In this document: piece after piece, positions 1 through 10,131 of the stretch
Layout: every line of letters begins with the position of its first letter
Position numbering within the stretch: the first letter of the stretch is position 1
Assembly (NCBI GenBank): GCA_963666215.2
Contig: CAXWPL010000001.1
Location: forward strand, 288,001 to 352,000
Source of the DNA: Acidobacteriota bacterium
GTDB taxonomy: Bacteria > Acidobacteriota > UBA890 > WLXD01
Length of the DNA: 64,000 nucleotides
Reading direction: 5' to 3'
The notes under the pieces: generated by a model
Seen by the model: the letters and a program-made list of their open reading frames with translations, nothing else
What the model was told of the DNA's origin: nothing
The model's database searches: none
Position numbers and translations under genes: made by a program

Positions 1-63
1 CAGGCAGCCTTCGAGCGTCTGTTCCTCGTTGCGCGTGATGACGACGAGCGACAACTTGGCCAT
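1..63 (-). CDS. Glycosyltransferase family 2, 5' end only (runs off the window)
   Basis: ATG at 63 reads MAKLSLVVITRNEEQTLEGCL, a typical GT2 N-terminus. Not in the ORF track because it is partial. Confidence 0.7.
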   Translation of the reverse strand, partial: MAKLSLVVITRNEEQTLEGCL

Positions 64-86
64 CGGAGTCATTCGAAAGAGTGGCG

Positions 87-542
87 CTAGCGGGGCCGGG
101 GTGCGTCGCCCTCGATCGCAAGCAGGCCAGCTCGAAACTCCGCGGGCATCGGCATGCTTGCCTCGGCAACGTAGTCGTACATCACTTGAACTGTCATGCC
201 TTCTGCGATCAGCGCGGCATCGTCGTCGCGAACGAGACGATAGGCGAAGTCGAAAGAGCGAGTCCCGAGACGGCCGGCGCGCACCCCCAACGTCAGGCGG
301 TCACCGACGTGCGCCGCAAGGCGAAAGTCGATCTCGGGCCTCGCGAGAACGAACGGTACGCTGGCGTAGTCGGGGTCGTACGTACCGGCCGCGGCCACAT
401 CGACGAGCCGTCGCCAGTAGCCCATGCGTCCGTTCTCGAAGTACGTCAGGTAAACGGCGTTGTTGGCGTGCCGTATCGCGTCGGTGTCGCGAAAGCTGAC
501 TTCGATCGGCACGAGAACCTTGAACTCGTCGAATCCCTGCAT
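87..542 (-). CDS. Acyl-CoA thioesterase (4HBT/YbgC hotdog fold)
   Basis: Motif VSFRDTDAIRHANNAVYLTYFENGR, plus GTRSFDFAYRL. Start placed at MQGFDE. Confidence 0.85.
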   Translation of the reverse strand: MQGFDEFKVLVPIEVSFRDTDAIRHANNAVYLTYFENGRMGYWRRLVDVAAAGTYDPDYASVPFVLARPEIDFRLAAHVGDRLTLGVRAGRLGTRSFDFAYRLVRDDDAALIAEGMTVQVMYDYVAEASMPMPAEFRAGLLAIEGDAPRPR

Positions 543-675
543 GCCGCCGGAGTATATCGACGCGCCCGCCAAGCAGTACCCGCCAAAGGGCTCGAGCTCG
601 CGCGAGCGTGACGGGCGGCTACGCAGCCGTCGCGCTGGCGGGTCGTGGCGGAAACTTTCCAGGGCGCGGCGCCGT

Positions 676-1995
676 TCAGACAGTCAAACCGTGGGTAACC
701 GCGTGCTCGAACGCGTCGCAGAAGCGGTCGAGCTCTTCGAGCGTTGTGAACACGCTCGGGGAGATTCTCAGGCCGGTGTACTCGTCGTGGTTGATGGCCA
801 CACTGATGATCTTGTGCTCGCGCCACAGCCAGCTGTTGAGCTCCGACGTGTCGAGGCCGCGCACGCCAACATTGGCAATGCCCGCCGCGAAGCCCGGCTT
901 TTGACTCGTGTTGAGGTACACGCGGTCCGAGAAGGACTGCAACCGGTTCGCCCAATAGTCGCGCAAGAAGACCAGGCGTTCGGTCTTTCTGACGCTCCCG
1001 ATGCCCTGATGGAATGTCAGCGCGTCGCCGATCCCCAGGTAGTTGGCCGCCGGGTGGGTGCCGATCTCCTCGAACTTGCGAATATTGTCGTCCTGGGCCT
1101 GGTTCGCTGCCATCAGAGGCCACAGATTCTTGATCTTGTTGCGGCGGACGTAGAGCAAGCCGGTACCGTGCGGTGCGAACAGCCACTTATGCAGGCTGCT
1201 GGAGTAGTAGTCGCAGTCGAGGTCGGAAAGCTTGAAGTCGAAATGCGCCAGCGTATGGGCGCCGTCGACGATCACCGGAATCCCGCGCGCTCTCGCCATC
1301 TGCGCCACCTTGGCCACTGGCAGGATCTGCCCGGTGAGGTTAATCATGTGGCACATGTGAATGATCTTGGTGCGCGGCGTGATGTGGCTCTCGAAGGCTG
1401 CGACGATCTCGTCGGGGTTCTCCGACGGCACCGGAAGCGAGATCTGCGTGAGCACAACGCCCTCACGACGTTCACGCTGCTTGTAGGTGGTGATCATGCG
1501 GCCGTAGTCCTGATTGCTCGTCAGAATCTCGTCGCCTGGCTTCAGATCGATCCCGAATTGGCAAATCTGGAGTCCCTCGGAGGCGTTGCGCACCAGCGCG
1601 ATCTCCTCCGAGTCGACGGCCCACTCGCGAGCCAACCGTTCGCGCACCTGCTCACGCTGCGGCTCGAGGATCTGCCACATCGTGTAAGTGGGCGACGTGT
1701 TCGAGAAGGCGAGGTAGCGCTCCATCGCCTCCTGCACCACCACGGGTGACGGTGAGACCCCGCCGCTGTTCAGGTTGATGATTCCGGGCTCCGCCGAGAA
1801 GGCTTGCCGGACCTGATACCAGTAGTCTTCGTCTTCGGCGATCGCACTCGGGGCGCCGGGGTGAGCTTCGAGCTCGCCAGCCATTGCGAGCGCGCGCCCC
1901 ATCCGATCCGGCTCGAACAGCACCCCCGAGACCGCGGCCGTGGCCGGCATCGACATCCATCCGAAAAAGACGCGGCGATTCAGAGCGTTGCGCAT
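676..1995 (-). CDS. Aminotransferase class V PLP enzyme (isopenicillin-N-epimerase/cysteine-desulfurase-like) with Tat-like signal
   Basis: Motifs LNSGGVSP, RNASEGL, VDGAH, SSLHKWLFAPHGTG (PLP Lys). N-terminus NRRVFFG. Confidence 0.85.
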   Translation of the reverse strand: MRNALNRRVFFGWMSMPATAAVSGVLFEPDRMGRALAMAGELEAHPGAPSAIAEDEDYWYQVRQAFSAEPGIINLNSGGVSPSPVVVQEAMERYLAFSNTSPTYTMWQILEPQREQVRERLAREWAVDSEEIALVRNASEGLQICQFGIDLKPGDEILTSNQDYGRMITTYKQRERREGVVLTQISLPVPSENPDEIVAAFESHITPRTKIIHMCHMINLTGQILPVAKVAQMARARGIPVIVDGAHTLAHFDFKLSDLDCDYYSSSLHKWLFAPHGTGLLYVRRNKIKNLWPLMAANQAQDDNIRKFEEIGTHPAANYLGIGDALTFHQGIGSVRKTERLVFLRDYWANRLQSFSDRVYLNTSQKPGFAAGIANVGVRGLDTSELNSWLWREHKIISVAINHDEYTGLRISPSVFTTLEELDRFCDAFEHAVTHGLTV

Positions 1996-2223
1996 GCGAA
2001 ACCTCGAGGACGGCTGTGTTGGGTCGATCTTGAACAACGGCTGCGCGGATTCTACCGGTCCGGTGAGCAAACCGCGCGGGCAGGCGTGGATGACCGGATA
2101 ATCCGAGCTGGCGGAGTGCCGGAAATCAACGGCGGGGCTTGCTTATTGGATCGGATCTCGTTATAACGGAATCCGATCTAGTTGTTCAATCCCACCCAAC
2201 CCCGCATGGAAGACTGCACGCTC

Positions 2224-2565
2224 ATGGACGACGCTCACCAGTTCCTGCCACTTACGCCGCGAGTGCTCCACATCCTGCTGGCGCTGCTGCACGGTCCGCA
2301 GCACGGCTATCGAATCATGAAGGATGTCGAGGAGCTCAGCTCGGGCCTCGTGAAGATCGGCCCGGGCACGCTGTATGAAGCGATCCACGGACTACGCGAG
2401 AAGGCTCTGATCGAGCCCGCGGCCTCAGAAGGCGACGCTCGCCGCCGCGCCTATCGCCTCACAGAGCTCGGCCGCGACGTCGTAGCGGCCGAGACCAGCC
2501 GGCTCGCCGACGTTGTCGACTATGCGCGCTCGGCCGCCGCTGGCGGCACCGGAACCTCACGGTGA
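2224..2565 (+). CDS. PadR family transcriptional regulator
   Basis: HILLAL..GPQHGYRIMK..GPGTLYEAI..RRRAYRLTELGR. Its stop overlaps the permease start (GTGA). Confidence 0.9.
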   Translation: MDDAHQFLPLTPRVLHILLALLHGPQHGYRIMKDVEELSSGLVKIGPGTLYEAIHGLREKALIEPAASEGDARRRAYRLTELGRDVVAAETSRLADVVDYARSAAAGGTGTSR

Positions 2566-5260
2566 GTCGCAAACTCTACCGCTGGACGCTGGTCGCCTAC
2601 CCGCCCTCCTTCCGCAACGAGTACGGCGATGAGATGGCCGAGACCTTCGCGGTGGGTCTCCAGAGTGCCACCGGACTGCGCGCTCGACTGGGATTCGTGC
2701 TCCGCTCGGGCCTCGACTTGGGAGTCTCTGCCGCGCGTCTGCGCCTGGATTCGCGGCGTGGTCGCGGCAAACGGGATGCCGATCATGGATTTGCTCGATT
2801 GGGCGGGCCTGGTCGACGTGGGAGCCGAGCAGGCGGCGACCGCACCGCAATCGACGGGTTGCTCAACGACCTCCGATTCTCGGCGCGCAGCCTTCTGCAT
2901 CGACCCGGCTTTGCTGCGATCGCCCTGATCACCCTGGCGGTGGGCATCGGCGCCAACGTCGCGATGTTCAGCCTCGTGAAGGCCACTCTTCTGCAGTCGT
3001 TGGGCTACGGCGAGCCCGAGCAGCTCGTAACGCTTCACTCGGCGATCGCGCGCGAGGGGATCGAGTTCGGACAGACCTCGATGGCCGACTTCCTCGACAT
3101 CCGTGAGCGCAACCGCGCCTTCGAAGCGGTTTCGCTGTGGTCATTTCGCTCCGCCAGCGTGGCCACCGACGAGGGCGCCGTGTGGATCTCTGGCGTGGCG
3201 GCGACAACCAACATCTTCGACCTGCTACAGGTGCGCCCTTTGTTGGGGAGTACATTCGCCATCGGCGACGACGGCCCCGACGGGCCGCGAAACGTGGTGA
3301 TCAGCGAGGGCCTGTGGAACACGCTGTTTGGCGGCCGCGCCGAGGCGATCGGAGAGTCGCTGCGTCTCGACGGCGTAGAGCACACAGTGGTCGGGATTGT
3401 GGCCGACGACGCAGCCTTTCCCGGTGGCACGCAACTGTGGGTGCCGCTGCCGCTCGAGCTCGAGAACGAGCCGCGCTATCGGCGAGTGTACTGGGGCTGG
3501 CGCGCGTAAAGCGCAACACCAGCGCGCTACAACTGCGGGAAGACCTCGACCGGATTGCAACCGAGCTCGCCAATGAGCACGAGGCCAGCAACGGTGGCGT
3601 TGCGCTGGCGACCCAGTCGGTGCACGACTATCGCTTTGGGCAGATGCGCGCGGCGCTCACGCTGGCCAGCGGAGCGGGCGCCGCTCTGCTCTTGATCGTG
3701 TGCGCTAATCTCGCGAACCTGCTGATCGCCCGTGGACTCGACCGCGCCAACGAGGTCGGCGTCCGCAGTGCCCTAGGCGCGAGCCAGGGACGGATCATCC
3801 GGCAACTGGCCACCGAGAACGCGTTGTTGGCCGTCGTCGGTGGCGCACTTGGCTTGGCCCTGGGTACCGGTCTCACAGCGGGCATCGATCGCTACGTTGC
3901 CGCCAACGGAACAGACTGGATCAACGTCAGCGTCGATGGGGGCGTGATCGTGTTCACGGTCGGCGTCTGTTTCCTGTCGACACTTCTGTTCGGTTTTCTG
4001 CCGGCGGTGGGCCTGGCACGGCAGGGCGCGAGATCGATTGCCGGAACCACGGGCCGATCGCGCGCCACCAGTGCCGGCCTACGATCGTCGCTCGTCGTCG
4101 TCGAGGTTGCGATCTCAACGGTGCTGCTGGTGGCAGCGGGACTCATGGTCCGCAGCCTGGTCGAGCTGCGTTCGGTCGACCCCGGGTTCGACCCCGAAGC
4201 CAGCTTGACCGTCACGATTCGACTACCCGCGGCGAACTACCGCTGGCTCGCGCGCGCCGACTTCGTACGCGCCACCGAGGAGAGCCTGGCCACGCTGCCG
4301 GGCGTTCAGGCGGTGGGTACGAGCGCAATGGTGCCGCTGGCAGGCACGGCATTCACGTCTGTTATCAGGTCTGGGCAAACTCCGGAGGAGGCACGCGGCA
4401 ATCCGCCGGTTCATTTCATGCCGGTCAGCGCCGGCTTCTTCAAAGCCATGGGAATACCTCTGCAGACTGGACGACTGTTCGAGGCCGACGACGGGCAGCG
4501 CGACGAGAACGGCGATCTGCTCGGCCGACCGGTCGCGATCGTCAACCGGACGATGGCCGAGCGCCTCTGGCCCGGGCGCGATCCGGTGGGGCTCGGCTTC
4601 CGCACAACCGGTGATGAGCAAGACACCATCGTGGTGGGAGTCGTCGGAGACGTGCGACAGGTCTCGCTGCGCGAGAGCTCAACGCTGCAGATGTATGTGC
4701 CGTTCGCGCAAGACCCCTGGCGGCTGATGAGCTTCGTCTTACGCACCGCGGGCGACCCACTGGCGCTCGCCGACGGCGCACGAGCGGTGATCCAGCAGGG
4801 AGATCCAGAGCTCGCGATCGCGCGCGTGGCGACGCTCAGCGATGTGCTGCAACAATCGCTGACAACAGAGCGCCTGTTCACCACACAGTTTTGGATGATC
4901 GGCGCCGTCGCTCTCGGACTCGCGGCCATTGGCCTTTATGGATTGATCACCCACTCGATCTCGCAACGAACGCGGGAGATCGGTATCCGCATGGCACTCG
5001 GTGCACGCTCAGCGAGCCTCGTTGTGATGGTGACCCGCCAGGCTGTCGGACTGGTTGCGCTGGGACTGGTGCTCGGCCTGGGAGCGGCCGTGGCGGGCTC
5101 GCGACTCCTGGAGAGCCAGCTGTTCGCCGTCAGTGCGCTCGACCCCGCGACCTACGCCGGCGTCGCCATCGCCCTACTGGCAGTAGCCGCGATCGCCGCC
5201 GCTGCGCCGGCACGACGGGCCGCGCGGGTGGAGCCGACTCAATCGTTGCGCAGCGAGTAG
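2562..5260 (+). CDS. ADOP-type duplicated ABC permease (MacB/FtsX), split by a 1-bp frameshift near 3493-3496
   Basis: ORFs 2562-3509 (DLRFSARSL..PGF, LAVGIGAN) and 3137-5260 (LLIVCANLANL, EVGVRSALGA, REIGIRMALGA, ARRAARVEP) join if one G is added to the GGGG run. Confidence 0.85.
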
Positions 5261-5311
5261 CCGGTTGCAGTGCTGAGATCGGGACGTTCGAGCCGCTAAA
5301 CAGAAGATGTG

Positions 5312-6427
5312 TCAGAGCTCAGACGGCAGCAGGAGGCGGATCCAACGATCCCGGCTGTTACCCATTGTGCTCTCGAGATCGACCCTCAACACCTTGCCGT
5401 CGGGCTCGATGTAGACCTTCTTGATGCCGTCACTGACCTCGATTTCCCACGCATGGAACCGCCGCGGTCCAAGCTCGATGTCGACGCTGGCGCCGAGCTC
5501 CATCTTGGTGCGTTCGAAATAGCGCCGCAGGTTGTTGATGTTGTTGCGCTCGCGGTGCACCCAGGGGTCGATGCGGATCATCTGGAACGGCGACACGTTG
5601 ATGCCGGCCGGCATGAAGAACATCACGTCGCGCTCGCCGTCCTCCTCCTCGAGCAAGGCCGGCATCATCAAGCTGAGAAGTCCGGGATTCGAAAAGGCCG
5701 GGTCGTTCTCACCGCAGAGCCCGCCGTAAGCATCGCCCAGGCAAGCGACGGACGAGGGGACAAACGTGAACAGCCCTCGCGGAATCGATAAATCCACGGT
5801 CTTGTCGCTGGCGATGCCAATCTTGAAGTCCCAGTTCCGCTCGTCGAACCAGACTTGCTTCTCCATCCTTCTGCCGTCAAACGAAAAGCGAACGAACCGG
5901 CGCCCGTAGCGCGACATCTCCTCACCCGCGATGCTGTGTTTTTCGACGTACTCGAGCTCGAGCGGGAACCCGTCGAGGTTTACCGTGAGCTCGCCTTCCA
6001 CCGAGACGTTGAGAAAGCGCCGCTGGGTATTCAGCGCCTGTCGTAAGAACTCGAAGCGCTCGTGCTCGAAAGCGAAGATCGCCCGCACGTCACGTGCGCC
6101 GTTGACGCCTGCTCCGTCGTCGAAATGATCGAGACGCAGCACCCAATCGGCCGACTCGCCCGCCCGCATCGAGTCTTCCGACCCCATCCGATAGCGCCGC
6201 TCCTCGCCGAGCTTGAAGCTGAACGCACCCATCATCATGCCCGTCGCGGTGTTCTGCGCCGCCGACTCCTCGGCGGCCAGAGCGCCCGCCTCCATTTCGA
6301 CGAGGGCCGCAAGCGGAAGCGCGGAAGCCAACGCGAGTAGCAGGACAGCAGCCAGCCCCTGCCGCAGTATCAGCGATCTCGAAACCGCGGCGCCGCGGTC
6401 CGTGACCGAGCCGCCCGTGCTCCTCAC
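5312..6427 (-). CDS. Hypothetical exported protein, paralog of the upstream gene
   Basis: Signal-like N-terminus. GTG start overlaps the upstream TGA. Shares blocks with 6424-7596. Confidence 0.7.
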   Translation of the reverse strand: MRSTGGSVTDRGAAVSRSLILRQGLAAVLLLALASALPLAALVEMEAGALAAEESAAQNTATGMMMGAFSFKLGEERRYRMGSEDSMRAGESADWVLRLDHFDDGAGVNGARDVRAIFAFEHERFEFLRQALNTQRRFLNVSVEGELTVNLDGFPLELEYVEKHSIAGEEMSRYGRRFVRFSFDGRRMEKQVWFDERNWDFKIGIASDKTVDLSIPRGLFTFVPSSVACLGDAYGGLCGENDPAFSNPGLLSLMMPALLEEEDGERDVMFFMPAGINVSPFQMIRIDPWVHRERNNINNLRRYFERTKMELGASVDIELGPRRFHAWEIEVSDGIKKVYIEPDGKVLRVDLESTMGNSRDRWIRLLLPSEL

Positions 6428-7596
6428 GAGCTTTCCGGGAGCGTGAGCTCGATCCACCGGTCGCTCGAGTTGCGCTCGCTCGGCTGCAGATCAACACGCA
6501 GGATCCTGCCGCTGGGCTCGAGATAGACGCGGCGCATCGGCCCCTCTACGTCGAGCTGCCACGCATGGAGCTGGCGGTCGCCAAGCTCGATCGTCGTACT
6601 CTCGCCGAGCTTCAGCGTGTTGATGTCGAAGTAGCGATCGTAGTTGGCGCGTGTGTCACGCTCGCGGATCGACCACTCGCGCACGTTCACCTGGCCAACC
6701 GGATTCCCTCCGAATCCGATCGGCTTGAAGAACACGAAGTCGCGCTGGTTGCCTGACTCGTCGTCGAGCATCGGCAGCAACGCCAGGCTCAGCAGCCCGG
6801 GATTGGCGAACGCTGGCTCCCAGTCACACGTATCGACCACGCCCGCGAGCAAACACCCCAGCGCCGACGGCATGAACACGAACACGCCGCTGGGGACCCG
6901 AGCGTCCACCGTGCCATGCCGAACCGGCGTGATCTCGAAATCCCACTCGCGCCCGCCGAACTCAAGCTCCTTGTGGATCTTGCGGTCGCGATAGGTGTAA
7001 CGAATGCGGTTCGGCGCACCGGCGTAGCGCGCTTGTTCGCCGGAACTGAGCTGGCGCTCCGAAAACTCGAGCTGCAGTGGAAAGCCATGCCGGTTGAGGC
7101 GTAACTCACCCTCCACAAGCACCATATGCGAGCGGCTGCCGGAGAGGTTGCCGAAGACACGGTCGGAGCGCTCGTGCGTAAGCGTGAAGACGGCCTCGAA
7201 GTCGTCGACGGAGCGGCCGGCATCCACGGCACTCCCGTCGAGCGTGCCGTCCACAACTCGATCAAGCTCGATCGTCCATGTCGCGTGCTCGGCGCCGCTG
7301 AGCGCACTTTCGGGTGCCAGTCGATACTCGCGCGATTCGCCAACCACGAACCCGAAAGCGCCCACGGCGGGCTCGCTCTGGCTGGGCGCGGACTCGCCGG
7401 CAACGGGATCAACCGCGAAGCCGATCCCGGCGGCCGCCCCGGTTAGCGCCAACAGCACGAGAGCAAGGCGCCCGTGAGCTCGCGAAGCCGGCGCCAGCCT
7501 CGTTGCCTCCGCCGTATCGCTGCGAAACAGCGCCACGGGAACACGATCCCGTCGGGATTTCCCGTGCCGCCGCGTCGATCTCAACATCAACTCCAA
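6424..7596 (-). CDS. Hypothetical exported protein (tandem paralog); start uncertain
   Basis: Hydrophobic signal LALVLLALTGAAAG. Blocks PAFANPGLLSL and VYLEPSGRILRVDL are shared with 5312-6427. Confidence 0.7.
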   Translation of the reverse strand: MELMLRSTRRHGKSRRDRVPVALFRSDTAEATRLAPASRAHGRLALVLLALTGAAAGIGFAVDPVAGESAPSQSEPAVGAFGFVVGESREYRLAPESALSGAEHATWTIELDRVVDGTLDGSAVDAGRSVDDFEAVFTLTHERSDRVFGNLSGSRSHMVLVEGELRLNRHGFPLQLEFSERQLSSGEQARYAGAPNRIRYTYRDRKIHKELEFGGREWDFEITPVRHGTVDARVPSGVFVFMPSALGCLLAGVVDTCDWEPAFANPGLLSLALLPMLDDESGNQRDFVFFKPIGFGGNPVGQVNVREWSIRERDTRANYDRYFDINTLKLGESTTIELGDRQLHAWQLDVEGPMRRVYLEPSGRILRVDLQPSERNSSDRWIELTLPESS

Positions 7597-7723
7597 GGGT
7601 CATGCAGAGGACAGAAATCCCGCCGTGCGCGATTTTGACTACTGTACCAGCAGCCTTCAATCTCCCGTGAGGGCTATCATTGCAGCCCATCATGCAGATC
7701 ACGCGCCGGAGACGACACAGGCC

Positions 7724-7945
7724 ATGAACGAGCTCGAGCCGTGCTGCCGAACCGAGGCTGAAAATACCCTCCGTCGCCATCGCGATGTCGCGGTGTGCGA
7801 CGACTGCGGCCAGCTCCTGCTCGCCTACGGCAACAATGCCGACTATGAGGCAACGCTCCAGGAGCTCGGCGACCACGCGGTTTCCTTCCAAGCCGGCACT
7901 CTGAGCCTGCCCGCCAAGCTGCTCGTGATCTCGAAAGAACGTTGA
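7724..7945 (+). CDS. Small Cys-containing hypothetical protein
   Basis: 73 aa with CC and CxxC (VCDDCG). Its stop overlaps the patatin start. Confidence 0.55.
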   Translation: MNELEPCCRTEAENTLRRHRDVAVCDDCGQLLLAYGNNADYEATLQELGDHAVSFQAGTLSLPAKLLVISKER

Positions 7946-10131
7946 CCGTGCGGCCGCCTGGGCTCTTGGCATCGATCGCCCTCTTCGGAGCAATCGGAGT
8001 ATTGGGCGCACTCCCCGCCAAGGCGCATGCTCAGGCGTCGCCGCAGCCCCGGTGCCGACTCGGCCTCGCGCTCAGCGGAGGCGGCGCCCGCGGCATCGCC
8101 GAGCTCGGCGTTCTGCAAGCATTCCAAGAGGCCGGCGTCCACGTCGACTGCATCGCGGGGGCGAGTGTGGGCGCGATCATTGGCTCGCTCTACGCCAGCG
8201 GCTACGACCTGGCGAGCATCGAACGCCTGGTGCGAGAGCTCGACTGGCAGCAGCTCTACGCCGACCCTCACAATCGCAACCAGTACCCGCTCGTCCATCG
8301 TCTCGAGCGGCGCAGGACCGCGCTACGGCTGGGCATCGACAGCAGCGGCGTGAAGCTACCACGCGCCTTTCTGAACGACTACCTCGTCAACCGCGTGTTG
8401 ATTGAACATCTCGCCGAGGCAGGGTTCGCTGCCGGGCGCGATTTCTCGAGGCTGCCGATCTCCTTCCGCGCCGTTGGCACCGATCTGCACACCGGCGCCC
8501 GCGTCGTGCTGGCGAGTGGCGACCTCGGCCGCGCGGTGCGCAGCAGCATGTCGGTACCCCTCGCCTACCCGCCGGTGGAGTGGAACGAGTACCTGCTGGT
8601 TGACGGCGGGCTGGTCGACAACATCCCGGTCAGCCTGATTGCCGAGATGGGAGCCCAGTTCACCGTAGCGGTCGATGTGTCGACACCCATCACACCGGAA
8701 GCAACACCCGATGTGTTCGGTGTTACCTCGCGCATCATCGACCTGCTGTACGACGCCAAGAACAGCATCCACTACCGCGAGCCCGACTTGCTGATCAAGC
8801 CGGAGCTTGGCGACCACTCGTTCGCCGACTATTCCGACATCGACAAGCTCATCGACCTTGGCCACGCGGCCGCCTCGAAGGCCATCGAGGAGATTCCCGC
8901 CGAATACCGTCTCGGACCCGGCGGCACGGCACCGGCGGCAAGCGACAGCGCGCCAGGCGCCGTAATCGGGCTGCAGCAGCGCAGCGTCAGCGAGATCCGC
9001 GTCAGCGGCAATCGTTACGTCAACAGCGACGTGCTGCGCCATGAGTTCGGCATGCGCCCGGGTGACCGACTCGATCTAACGCGAGCTCTGCGCGGCCTCG
9101 ACCATGTGTTCTCCTCCGGGCTGCTCGACAGCGCATGGCTCGACTTCATCCCCGACGGCGACGAGGAGGCGATTGTCGAGATTGTTGTTCGCGAGCAGTT
9201 CCGCCGCACGCTCGACGTGGGCCTCGCCTACCAAAACGACGATCAAGCGCAAGCCTACGCGGCAATCGAGCTGCGCAACGAATTGGGCGCTGGCGAGCGA
9301 CTGATGTTCCGCTTTCTGGCCAGCGAGAAGGACCTGGTCCTCGGGGTCCGCGTGCGCAGCGACCAGATCTTCGGCAGCCACTTCGGTTATCAGATCGACA
9401 TCGAGTCGCACCGGGAGAAGCCTAAGGTGTACCGCGACGGGGCCCTCGTGAACCGCGCGGAGTTTCAACGCAGCGACGCGCGCATCCTGGCCGTGGTGCC
9501 AATCGCCTCGCAGCACCTGATCCAGCTCGGATTCCGATTCGGCGAGGTCGATGTCGGTGACCGCCTGGGCCTCGATATCCCCGCGATCTCATTCCAGCAT
9601 CGTGGCCTGCTGGCTCGCTATCTGTGGGACGACCTCGACGCGGTGGTTCTACCAACCAGCGGGCGCCAGCTGACGGTGAATGTGGAGCGTAATCTCAGCG
9701 GGCTCAACTCCACCGCGGCGTACTGGCGAGGCGAGGCGAGCGGACGGGCGATAGTCACGATCACCGACCGCTGGACGCTCGACGCGCGTGCGCGTTTCGG
9801 CTACTCCTCGGGCGCGCTGCCGATCCACGAGCAGTTTCGGCTCGGCGGCCCCGACTACGTACCAGGCCTCGACCGCGAGGAGCTGTGGAACAACCATCTG
9901 CTGGCTGGCAGCGCCGCGGTTGGCTACGAGCTGATGGCCGGAGCACGCGTGACAGCCCGTCTGGGCGCTGGCAATTCGTGGGCCGAGTTCGGCGAAGTCG
10001 ACCCGGCCGACCTAGGAGTGGGGGCTGCGTTGGGGGTGATCTTCTCCACCCCGATCGGCCCCCTGCGCTTCGAGTACGGCTTCGCCGATGGCGATCGCAG
10101 CGAGCTCTACGTCGCGCTTGGGCATCAGTAG
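7942..10131 (+). CDS. Patatin-like phospholipase with POTRA and Omp85/BamA-type barrel (PlpD/type Vd-like)
   Basis: Signal peptide, GGGARG, GASVG (GxSxG), DGG, POTRA (IRVSGNRYV), C-terminal TPIGPLRFEYG..LYVALG. Confidence 0.9.
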   Translation: MTVRPPGLLASIALFGAIGVLGALPAKAHAQASPQPRCRLGLALSGGGARGIAELGVLQAFQEAGVHVDCIAGASVGAIIGSLYASGYDLASIERLVRELDWQQLYADPHNRNQYPLVHRLERRRTALRLGIDSSGVKLPRAFLNDYLVNRVLIEHLAEAGFAAGRDFSRLPISFRAVGTDLHTGARVVLASGDLGRAVRSSMSVPLAYPPVEWNEYLLVDGGLVDNIPVSLIAEMGAQFTVAVDVSTPITPEATPDVFGVTSRIIDLLYDAKNSIHYREPDLLIKPELGDHSFADYSDIDKLIDLGHAAASKAIEEIPAEYRLGPGGTAPAASDSAPGAVIGLQQRSVSEIRVSGNRYVNSDVLRHEFGMRPGDRLDLTRALRGLDHVFSSGLLDSAWLDFIPDGDEEAIVEIVVREQFRRTLDVGLAYQNDDQAQAYAAIELRNELGAGERLMFRFLASEKDLVLGVRVRSDQIFGSHFGYQIDIESHREKPKVYRDGALVNRAEFQRSDARILAVVPIASQHLIQLGFRFGEVDVGDRLGLDIPAISFQHRGLLARYLWDDLDAVVLPTSGRQLTVNVERNLSGLNSTAAYWRGEASGRAIVTITDRWTLDARARFGYSSGALPIHEQFRLGGPDYVPGLDREELWNNHLLAGSAAVGYELMAGARVTARLGAGNSWAEFGEVDPADLGVGAALGVIFSTPIGPLRFEYGFADGDRSELYVALGHQ

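Noticed and set aside
460-1749. 429-aa + strand ORF and many similar Arg/Ala-rich overlapping ORFs across the window
   Set aside because: Antisense or alternate-frame shadows of well-supported genes.
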